The notes under the pieces were generated by a model that was not told where the DNA came from, did no database searches, and saw nothing but the letters and a program-made list of their open reading frames with translations. This document shows, one piece after another, positions 37,349 through 44,974 of a DNA stretch of 64,000 bases. This DNA comes from a virus (taxonomy: Duplodnaviria > Heunggongvirae > Uroviricota > Caudoviricetes). The stretch covers positions 1 to 64,000 of the IMG/VR virus record IMGVR_UViG_3300047393_000041, one strand, 5' to 3'. Position numbers and translations under genes: made by a program. How positions within the stretch are numbered: the stretch's first letter is position 1; the number at the start of each line of letters is the position of its first letter.

Positions 37349-38023
37349 ATGAGTTCAAAGCTAGTAGGAATTGTGGGTGCAACAGGTACAGGAAAAAGTA
37401 CAGCGATTAAGCACCTAAATCCAGAGGAAACGTACATTATTAATGTTGCAAAGAAGGAGCTTCCATTTAGAGGAAGTGAAAAGCTTTACAACACAGAGAA
37501 CAAGAATTACAAGGAAATTGAAGATGCAAATGAAATATCTCGTTTATTGAGAACTATTTCTGATAAAGCTCCTCACATCAAGAACATTATTATTGAAGAC
37601 AGTAATTACATTATGGGATTCAATATGGTTAACAAAGCTACAGAGGTAGGATTTACAAAATTTAGTGTTATGGCTAAAGACATGGTTGATCTATTCAGAA
37701 CAGCTAGACAGTTGAGAGATGATGTCACTGTATTCTATCTTACACATCCAGAAGAAATAATGGATGGTCAAGATGTTATAGGATATAAGATCAAAACTGC
37801 AGGTAAGTTAATTGATAACCAAGTTCTTTTAGAAGGATTGTTAACTGTATGTTTATATACAATCGTAGAAGAAAATAAAGATGGAACAGCTAATTATCAA
37901 TTTGTAACTAATCGTTACAGAAAGATACCAGCAAAGAGTCCTGATGGAATGTTCCAAGAAATTAAAATACCAAATGATCTGCAAATAGTTGCAGACAGTT
38001 TAACTAATTATTATAATGCCTAA
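37349..38023 (+). CDS. P-loop ATPase (RecA-core-only; Sak4/AAA_24-like candidate)
   Basis: N-terminal Walker A LVGIVGATGTGKSTAIK, Walker B IIIEDSNYIMG. 224 aa. Located in replication/recombination module. Confidence 0.4.
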   Translation: MSSKLVGIVGATGTGKSTAIKHLNPEETYIINVAKKELPFRGSEKLYNTENKNYKEIEDANEISRLLRTISDKAPHIKNIIIEDSNYIMGFNMVNKATEVGFTKFSVMAKDMVDLFRTARQLRDDVTVFYLTHPEEIMDGQDVIGYKIKTAGKLIDNQVLLEGLLTVCLYTIVEENKDGTANYQFVTNRYRKIPAKSPDGMFQEIKIPNDLQIVADSLTNYYNA

Positions 38024-38050
38024 ATAAATAACTAAATTAAAATTAAAATT

Positions 38051-38923
38051 ATGAGTAGTATCGGAGGAAAAAAGAGAGAAAACACAGGTGGTGGAGATTT
38101 CAGTAAAAAGGTAGGTTTGTTTGAAGCAACCGTAATTGCCATTAATCCAACAATTGAAGAGTTTAAAGATAAACTTGGAATGGATCTTAAAGAAGACAGC
38201 AAAGCTGCTGAGTATTTAGGTGAAACTAAAGATGGTAATAGCTATGTTCGTATTGATATATGGCTACAAGAAATTAAAGATGACAGTAAGTTCAAAGTGA
38301 GCTTCTTCTTAGAAGATAAAGAACGTGAGAACAAAGATGGTACTAAGAAACAATATATCAACTCTATTGGAATGTGTTCTTGGGCAGGTGATGAAAATGA
38401 TCTTGCTGAATGGTTTACTAAAGGAAGAGATTTCAGAGTGGCATATGTAGGTGAGGAAGATCTTTATAACTTCATGCGTACATGGTTAGCTGATCTTGAT
38501 TATCGTGATGCAGACACTGTTCTACAATTAGAATGGAAGAAGTTGATGAGAGGTAATGTAAAAGATCTTAAAGACCAAATTAATGGAGAATGGGCTAAGT
38601 CTATTTTAGCTTTAGCAACTGTTATCATTAAAGAGAGAGATGGAGAATCTAAAGAATATCAAGGAATTTACAATAAAGCTTTCTTAGGTGGATATGCATT
38701 GAAACAATTCAGACTTGTTGATTATGGAAACAAAAGAACACAAGATACTCTTAAGAGTAAAAAACCTAAAGATTTAAAAGCTCATGAGAAATTTGTTGTG
38801 AATGTTATTGGTGAATATGGTTGTAAAGACTATTATACATTGAAAGATCTACAGGATTATAATGCTGATGATAACTTAGTTGCTTCTGATGCATATATTT
38901 CTGAAGATGGTGATGATTATTAA
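38051..38923 (+). CDS. hypothetical protein (possible ssDNA-binding/annealing protein by context)
   Basis: 290 aa between ATPase and primase. No diagnostic motif. Followed by strong terminator. Confidence 0.4.
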   Translation: MSSIGGKKRENTGGGDFSKKVGLFEATVIAINPTIEEFKDKLGMDLKEDSKAAEYLGETKDGNSYVRIDIWLQEIKDDSKFKVSFFLEDKERENKDGTKKQYINSIGMCSWAGDENDLAEWFTKGRDFRVAYVGEEDLYNFMRTWLADLDYRDADTVLQLEWKKLMRGNVKDLKDQINGEWAKSILALATVIIKERDGESKEYQGIYNKAFLGGYALKQFRLVDYGNKRTQDTLKSKKPKDLKAHEKFVVNVIGEYGCKDYYTLKDLQDYNADDNLVASDAYISEDGDDY

Positions 38924-38942
38924 TTGAGTTAATTGTTAATAA

Positions 38943-38977
38943 AGACCTCTATCAGAAATGGTAGAGGTTTTTTATTT
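38943..38977 (+). terminator. rho-independent terminator
   Basis: AGACCTCTA-tcagaaatgg-TAGAGGT followed by TTTTTTATTTT. The ORF-track start of the next gene (38958) lies in its loop. Confidence 0.55.
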
Positions 38978-38984
38978 TAAAGCT

Positions 38985-39989
38985 ATGATACAAGGAAAAA
39001 AGAAAACAAACTTAACACCTGATAGCATATTAGACAAGATAACAGAGTTTGATATCTATAAGTTCTATATGCCACATCAGAATTGGAAAATAAATGTTGT
39101 TACTTATTCACCTTTCAGAAATGAAAAGAGTCCTTCATTCATTATAGGATATAAAGGAAAAGCATTAACATTTCATGATTTCTCAGATTCTACCAAAAGA
39201 GGTGGATGTTTTGATTTTGTGATAATGCTATTTAACCTACCATCCTTACGTGAAGCATTAGTAATGATTGATAGAGATTTTGATCTAGGAATTGTTAATG
39301 TATCCTCTACAAAGAATTATGAAAGGATTGTTTCTGATTATGCTCAACCAGCTGCCACTTCCAAACGTGAATTCTTTATTCAAGTGAAAATAAGAAAGTT
39401 TACGCATGAGGAATTAGCATATTGGAATGGATATTATCAAGACATAGATGATCTTAAAGCTAATAATGTATACTCGATAGACACTGTATATCTAAACAAA
39501 AAGAAGTTCCCTATAATGGACTCAGAATTAAGATTTGGTTATCTATATGAAGGACATTGGAAGATTTATAGACCATTTGCAGATAGAAAGAATAAGTGGA
39601 TGCCTAATAATGTACCTATTACCATGATGGATGGATTAGCTGACATCAAAGATTGTGATGTAGCATTCATTAATAAGAGTAAGAAGGATTACATGGTAAT
39701 GAAAAAGATTTACCCATGTTGTTGTGCTGTTCAGAATGAAGGATCAGGATGTTTCTCTGAAGAAAATGTTGAGTATCTAAAAGAAAACTCTGATAGGCAA
39801 ATCTTGTCCTTTGATTCAGATGAAGCTGGTGTAAAGAATTCTCAAATAATAACTGATAAGTTTGGATTTGAATATTGTAATGTACCAAGGCTCTATCTAG
39901 GAGAAGGAATTAAAGATTGGGCTGATCTTGCCAAAACACATGGATTAAAAGTTATAGAAGAATATTTAATAAAAAAAGAAATTATATGA
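38985..39989 (+). CDS. DnaG-type primase (TOPRIM domain)
   Basis: TOPRIM signature VAFINKSKKDYMVM...ILSFDSDEAGVKNS (E...DxDxxG). Start placed at ATG 38985 downstream of terminator. Confidence 0.5.
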   Translation: MIQGKKKTNLTPDSILDKITEFDIYKFYMPHQNWKINVVTYSPFRNEKSPSFIIGYKGKALTFHDFSDSTKRGGCFDFVIMLFNLPSLREALVMIDRDFDLGIVNVSSTKNYERIVSDYAQPAATSKREFFIQVKIRKFTHEELAYWNGYYQDIDDLKANNVYSIDTVYLNKKKFPIMDSELRFGYLYEGHWKIYRPFADRKNKWMPNNVPITMMDGLADIKDCDVAFINKSKKDYMVMKKIYPCCCAVQNEGSGCFSEENVEYLKENSDRQILSFDSDEAGVKNSQIITDKFGFEYCNVPRLYLGEGIKDWADLAKTHGLKVIEEYLIKKEII

Positions 39990-40213
39990 AAATATCAAAT
40001 ATAGAAAAAGAAAAGAATACTTATATTGTAACTTTTATACCAAATATTATTGAAAGATTTTTTGGAGTAAAGGAAAAAACAAAAACATATAAAGATACTT
40101 GGGATACTTATACCTTTGGAGGAGGTCATGTATATATTAATGAAAAAGGTGAACAATTGAATAATGGAAATTGGATTGCTGAAAAAATAGATAACTGGAG
40201 AAGAAAATTCTAA
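39986..40213 (+). CDS. hypothetical protein
   Basis: 75-aa ORF. Confidence 0.35.
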   Translation: MKISNIEKEKNTYIVTFIPNIIERFFGVKEKTKTYKDTWDTYTFGGGHVYINEKGEQLNNGNWIAEKIDNWRRKF

Positions 40214-40223
40214 ACAAAAACTT

Positions 40224-40622
40224 ATGAGCAAATTAACATCAGAAGAACTAAGTGATGTAGTGATAGAGAGTCTTGCACTCTCTGTAACACTATTGGAAAG
40301 ATTTGAAACAATGGACGCTAATGGTCTATTAACATTAAGAGCTAAACAATCTCTTAAGAATACCATTCCACATCTTGAAGGATATGTAAGCAAGCTTATA
40401 GCTGTGAGACATGAAGATGAAGCAGAGCATTTCAAGAAGGGAGCTACAGTGATAGCAGAACTATCAAATAGGATAGAAAGATCACTCAGTCCTGAAAATA
40501 TATTAGATATATCTACTAGGAAACAATATCTTTTAGATTTAATAGGTGCCACAGTGCTGTTTCCAAAACAGAAGACAGAACTTTATGAAGCAATTAGAGA
40601 TTCAGGAATTTTAAATTATTAA
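40224..40622 (+). CDS. hypothetical protein
   Basis: 132-aa ORF. Confidence 0.4.
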   Translation: MSKLTSEELSDVVIESLALSVTLLERFETMDANGLLTLRAKQSLKNTIPHLEGYVSKLIAVRHEDEAEHFKKGATVIAELSNRIERSLSPENILDISTRKQYLLDLIGATVLFPKQKTELYEAIRDSGILNY

Positions 40623-40624
40623 TT

Positions 40625-40843
40625 ATGACATTAGAAGACAAATTTGAAGAGCTTTCTTTTGATATGCCAAGTGAAGATTGTGTACAAATAGCAGATGAAT
40701 TTGCTATTGGGTTTGCTATTTTTTTAGCCGAACATACTTATTCATATTATAATGATAAAGATGAATGGAGTAATGATTTTGGACATAAAAATTTAACAAA
40801 CAAAGAACTTTTAGAAATTTATAAAAAAGAAAAAGGATTATGA
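40625..40843 (+). CDS. hypothetical protein
   Basis: 72-aa ORF. Its 3' end lies in a 23-nt sequence repeated at 40971-40993. Confidence 0.4.
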   Translation: MTLEDKFEELSFDMPSEDCVQIADEFAIGFAIFLAEHTYSYYNDKDEWSNDFGHKNLTNKELLEIYKKEKGL

Positions 40844-40974
40844 TAGGGGATATTATATTGTGGTTAAAAACATTTGTAAAACAGCAAACTTGTATTCATA
40901 AATATAAATATGTTTACAGAAAAGATACTGGGGGTAGTTTTGAGTTGTGCATAAAATGCGATAAAATAAAATAA
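40840..40974 (+). CDS. hypothetical small Cys-containing protein (44 aa; unlisted)
   Basis: Hand-translated MIGDIILWLKTFVKQQTCIHKYKYVYRKDTGGSFELCIKCDKIK. ATGA overlap with upstream stop. Confidence 0.25.
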   Translation: MIGDIILWLKTFVKQQTCIHKYKYVYRKDTGGSFELCIKCDKIK

Positions 40975-40989
40975 AAAAGAAAAAGGATT

Positions 40990-41160
40990 ATGAAAAGAGA
41001 AGATGAGATAGTAATTTTAATTGAACACTTAAAAGAAGAAGTTATAAGAACTTCACAAAAATATAGTTCATTATTATCAGATACAATCATAAACAACGGT
41101 AAACTTATAGAAGCTTATATGATAGAGTTAGAACAAATTAAAACACAAAAAGGAGTATGA
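40990..41160 (+). CDS. hypothetical small protein (56 aa; unlisted)
   Basis: Hand-translated MKREDEIVILIEHLKEEVIRTSQKYSSLLSDTIINNGKLIEAYMIELEQIKTQKGV. ATGA overlap with next gene. Preceded by duplicated 23-mer. Confidence 0.3.
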   Translation: MKREDEIVILIEHLKEEVIRTSQKYSSLLSDTIINNGKLIEAYMIELEQIKTQKGV

Positions 41161-41348
41161 AAGCAACAAGTCACGAATGGATGGTAGTAAAAGACGAACA
41201 GTTAGAACTACTAGAAGAAGAAATTAAAGAAAACATTGAATGGTTATCAACTATAGATGATGATGACATAGAATGTATAGGAATAGAGAACTTAGAAGCT
41301 ATTCTAACGAGATTCTTTCATAGAACTATAACATTAACACAAAGATAA
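41157..41348 (+). CDS. hypothetical acidic protein
   Basis: 63-aa ORF. Confidence 0.35.
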   Translation: MKATSHEWMVVKDEQLELLEEEIKENIEWLSTIDDDDIECIGIENLEAILTRFFHRTITLTQR

Positions 41349-41349
41349 T

Positions 41350-42069
41350 ATGGATTGGAGTAAGTTTTCTTCAAGTTTTCACCCATCATGGCATGCTAAA
41401 ATGCGTCCATTTATAGAGAGTGAACAATGTGATAAGATTTATGCATTTCTAAAATCAGAGAGCAAGAGGGGCAAACGAGTTGCTCCTCTCTCTATGCATG
41501 TTTGGAGATGTTTTAAAGAAACCTCATTGGATGACCTAAAAGTTGTAATGGTTGGTATGGCACCATATCATACACTTAAGAATGATGCTCCTGTTGCAGA
41601 TGGATTACTTATGGGATGTTCTATTACAGAACAATTACAACCATCATTGGAACAATATTATGGTGCTGTTGAGAGAGATCTATATGATGGATTAAACTTA
41701 AGCATTATAAAAGATCCAGACGTAAGCTATTTAGCAAACCAGGGAGTGTTAATGTTCAACGCATCTCTAACTGTAGAGATTAACAAAGCAGGAAGCCATT
41801 TAGATATATGGGAACCATTTGTTAAATATCTATTTGAAGAGATTATTAATCATTTAGGTGTACCAATACTATTTCTTGGTAAGGATGCAGCTAAGTATAA
41901 AAAGTATACAGGAATCTTTACACATGTATTTGAAATCAGTCACCCAGCTTCAGCAGCTTATAAACATACTGAATGGGATACTGAAGGAGTGTTTAGTAAA
42001 TTAGATGTATTATTATTAGAAAGTAACGGATTTGGTATTCAATGGATACCTATAGATGTACCTTTTTGA
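41350..42069 (+). CDS. uracil-DNA glycosylase (family 1 UNG) homolog with substituted catalytic motif
   Basis: VVMVGMAPYH aligns to UNG VVILGQDPYH (Q-D replaced by M-A). ADGLLMGCS ~ AHGLAFSV. LANQGVLMFNASLTV ~ WARQGVLLLNTVLTV. ISHPASAAY ~ APHPSPLSA. Confidence 0.7.
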   Translation: MDWSKFSSSFHPSWHAKMRPFIESEQCDKIYAFLKSESKRGKRVAPLSMHVWRCFKETSLDDLKVVMVGMAPYHTLKNDAPVADGLLMGCSITEQLQPSLEQYYGAVERDLYDGLNLSIIKDPDVSYLANQGVLMFNASLTVEINKAGSHLDIWEPFVKYLFEEIINHLGVPILFLGKDAAKYKKYTGIFTHVFEISHPASAAYKHTEWDTEGVFSKLDVLLLESNGFGIQWIPIDVPF

Positions 42070-42082
42070 AACAATTAAAATT

Positions 42083-42253
42083 ATGTTAGTAACAGAAAGA
42101 CAAAGAGAATTTATTAATTTCATTCAAGATGAAACAGGTATAATATTTACAGGATGTACCAAAGATGAAGCACGTAAATATATAACTGAAAATAAAGATA
42201 AAATTCCTCCAAGTGGAAGTATGAATATGTGGGCAATAGTTAATGGTTATTAA
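42083..42253 (+). CDS. hypothetical protein
   Basis: Start moved to ATG 42083 (MLVTERQREF...), preceded by AACAATTAAAATT context. Confidence 0.3.
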   Translation: MLVTERQREFINFIQDETGIIFTGCTKDEARKYITENKDKIPPSGSMNMWAIVNGY

Positions 42254-42267
42254 AAACAATTAAAATT

Positions 42268-42600
42268 ATGGAAAATCAAATTATTAAAATAGAAGACCTT
42301 GAAGTAGGAGATGAGATATTAATATCTTGTCAATCCTATTTTAAATATCTTAGAGTATTAGTGAAACCATCACTTAGTAAAACAAAAAAACATTGGAGAA
42401 CAGCACATCCTTTATATGGAAATGTTAGATGTTCCACAAGACAAGATCAAGTGATTACTTATTCATATACTGATAGTGCAGGAGTAGTTCATAATAGAAT
42501 ACAAAAAACTTGGATAACAACATCAGAAGATCATAATATAAAAGTTTCACAAGATCTTGACGGAAGACAAATTTGGTTAATAAAAAGAACAACAATTTAA
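42268..42600 (+). CDS. hypothetical protein
   Basis: 110-aa ORF with AAAACAATTAAAATTATGG start context. Confidence 0.4.
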   Translation: MENQIIKIEDLEVGDEILISCQSYFKYLRVLVKPSLSKTKKHWRTAHPLYGNVRCSTRQDQVITYSYTDSAGVVHNRIQKTWITTSEDHNIKVSQDLDGRQIWLIKRTTI

Positions 42601-42611
42601 AACTAGAAAAA

Positions 42612-44912
42612 ATGATATTAGAAAAGCAAACAGAAGCAAACGTCCTAATCGAGGGACAATCACAAGAAACAATTGGTATGTCACTAGACTTAGATTCTGC
42701 ACAAATTTTGATGCAGATGTTAAGTAAGAATTTATATTCTGATGATATAGGCTCTGCTGTCAGAGAATGTGCAAGTAATGCACTTGATAGCCATAGAAGA
42801 GCTGGAGTGGACACACCAATTGTAGTTTCATTTAAAGCATCTACACAGAACAATTATGAATTTTGTGTAGAAGATTTTGGTATTGGTTTAGATGCTGATG
42901 ATGTACGTAACATTATTAGTAAGTATGGTAAATCTACTAAAAGAAATAGTGCTACAGAATTAGGAATGATGGGCTTAGGTTTTAAAGCCCCTTTAGCATA
43001 TTCTAGTAGTTTCTACTTTGTATGTAGAAAAGATGGTATGGAGCGTAAGTATATGATGTATGAAGGAGAAGATACTAACACTATCGATCTTTTATATGAA
43101 AAAGAGACAGAAGAGCATAATGGTGTAAAGATTATTATTCCTGTTAAGTACTCAGACAAGTATCAGTTCATGAAGAAGATCAAAGAACAATTGTGTTATT
43201 TTGAAAGTGTATATTTTGATGTACCAGAGGATTCTTCTATTGTTAATGATTTTGTTATCAGTAGACATGAACATTTTCAATTTTCTGAATTATCTACAGA
43301 AAGAAATTTACACTTATGTTTAGACAATGTGTATTATCCTCTTGATTTTGGAAAAATGGGAATACGTACAATTGATTTTCCTTTAGCTCTTAGATTCTCT
43401 TTGAGTGATGGATTGTTTCCAACACCAAATAGAGAGAGTATTAGATATACACCAGAGGCCAAGAAGATTATCACTGATAAACTAGCTCAAGTAGCAAACT
43501 ATCTTGTCACTAAGTATAATGATAACATTGCTGAAGGAAATGACATCAAGTCTGTGATCAATCATATTGAGAAAAGTGGATATTATGTAGAGATGGCTAG
43601 TGGATTTACAAGAAACATTGAACCATTTGTTCAGTTTTCTACTATAACACCACAAGTTCCTAAAATTGAAGGAGTTAAGTTATTAGATTTTCCAAAATTG
43701 TATAACTCATATAGACAAAACATGTTAGTTGAAGCATTTCCTGCTAAGTTCTATGTAAACAATAGAAGAATACAGAATGTAGACAAACATTATGTATATG
43801 GATACAACTTGCAAAGTGTGTGTGATGGATCAGCTAAAATATATGTGTATCATGATAAACTTGCTGGTATTAAGAAAGATTATCTAAGAGCTATATGTGA
43901 CCAACATGGACGCACATTCTTAGTTAAACCAGCTCCTCCTATGACATTAGGTGTTGCTGCTAAGTATAGACTTGATACATATTATCATCTTTTACAATTG
44001 AATAAGGTTCCAAAAGCAAAATGGAGAACTGTAATCAAAGAATATCAACATATCATGTCTTTGGTTGAAGCAAATTTCATCAATCTTGATGATCTTGAGG
44101 TGCCACAAGACTTTATTGATTCTAAAAAGAAAGCAAAAGTTGCTAAAGCTTCAATATCAGGTGGTAAAAGATTGAAACTTCAAGGAGAGATAGTATGTAA
44201 ATTAGGCGTACCTTTAGCTAGGTATAATGGTGGTAAAAATTGTAAGTTTGATTCACAATTATACAAGTTAGAAGATCTTCACAAAGCAAAACATTTAAAA
44301 GTGTATGCTAAACATGAAGATGCTTATAAACTTGATGCTCTTTATGGAATGATGATTGGTAAACAAAAGATGGAAGTCATCACATTCTCTGATAGAGAGT
44401 TGAAAATAGTTGAACAATTAGAAATTCACAATTTAATATCTTATGACAAATTTATGGAAGGTAAAACTGCACCATTTAAAAGAATGGTTACATCAATATT
44501 GATTTACAACATGATGTCAAAGAATTCATCAATCTTTAACAAAGTTGATACTCTTGAGTATGTATCTACTGATTTAGCTACAAAATTAAAAGTATTGGCT
44601 AAGTATAGACGTACTAACTATGTTCAACAAGATGAATCATTAAGTAAATCTATGTTAGCAGTAGCAGAGAAACACAATTTGTTTGATCAAGACATCTATC
44701 CAGAGTATTTACAAATGAAAGAAATATTTGAAAAACTTTCATTCTTAGAACCTGTGTGTGCCAGATTATCATATACACATGATAAAGATCCGATGATTAA
44801 TGTGATGACTGATTTGTTCAAGTATTACAAACATAGAGTGAATTTAAGTCATTATAACATCAGAATTAATGATGAGATATTAACAGAAGAATCAATAGAA
44901 GCATTAGTATAA
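42612..44912 (+). CDS. Hsp90/HtpG-like GHKL-superfamily ATPase
   Basis: N-box region AQILMQMLSKNLYSDDIGSAVRECASNALDS (cf. HtpG [28 protein letters not shown]). G1 FCVEDFGIGLDADDV (cf. ISDNGVGMTRDEV). Lid SKYGKSTKR (cf. IAKSGTK). G2 GMMGLGFKAPLAYSSS (cf. GQFGVGFYSAF). No TOPRIM or MutL transducer motif seen. Start at ATG 42612. Confidence 0.55.
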   Translation: MILEKQTEANVLIEGQSQETIGMSLDLDSAQILMQMLSKNLYSDDIGSAVRECASNALDSHRRAGVDTPIVVSFKASTQNNYEFCVEDFGIGLDADDVRNIISKYGKSTKRNSATELGMMGLGFKAPLAYSSSFYFVCRKDGMERKYMMYEGEDTNTIDLLYEKETEEHNGVKIIIPVKYSDKYQFMKKIKEQLCYFESVYFDVPEDSSIVNDFVISRHEHFQFSELSTERNLHLCLDNVYYPLDFGKMGIRTIDFPLALRFSLSDGLFPTPNRESIRYTPEAKKIITDKLAQVANYLVTKYNDNIAEGNDIKSVINHIEKSGYYVEMASGFTRNIEPFVQFSTITPQVPKIEGVKLLDFPKLYNSYRQNMLVEAFPAKFYVNNRRIQNVDKHYVYGYNLQSVCDGSAKIYVYHDKLAGIKKDYLRAICDQHGRTFLVKPAPPMTLGVAAKYRLDTYYHLLQLNKVPKAKWRTVIKEYQHIMSLVEANFINLDDLEVPQDFIDSKKKAKVAKASISGGKRLKLQGEIVCKLGVPLARYNGGKNCKFDSQLYKLEDLHKAKHLKVYAKHEDAYKLDALYGMMIGKQKMEVITFSDRELKIVEQLEIHNLISYDKFMEGKTAPFKRMVTSILIYNMMSKNSSIFNKVDTLEYVSTDLATKLKVLAKYRRTNYVQQDESLSKSMLAVAEKHNLFDQDIYPEYLQMKEIFEKLSFLEPVCARLSYTHDKDPMINVMTDLFKYYKHRVNLSHYNIRINDEILTEESIEALV

Positions 44913-44918
44913 ATTAAC

Positions 44919-44946
44919 AGAGGGACATCAATGTCCCTCTCTTTTA
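44919..44946 (+). terminator. rho-independent terminator
   Basis: AGAGGGACA-tcaa-TGTCCCTCT followed by CTTTT. Confidence 0.5.
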
Positions 44947-44974
44947 ACAATTAACAATTAAATAAATAAATAAG

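Noticed and set aside
42612-44912. Alternative identities for the GHKL ATPase (GyrB/topoisomerase II, MutL, histidine kinase)
   Set aside because: No TOPRIM (EGDSA) or MutL transducer motifs were seen. The motif context (LYS...ExxSNAxDA, lid KSGTK-like, GxGFYSAF-like) is Hsp90-specific. A MORC-like protein remains a secondary possibility.
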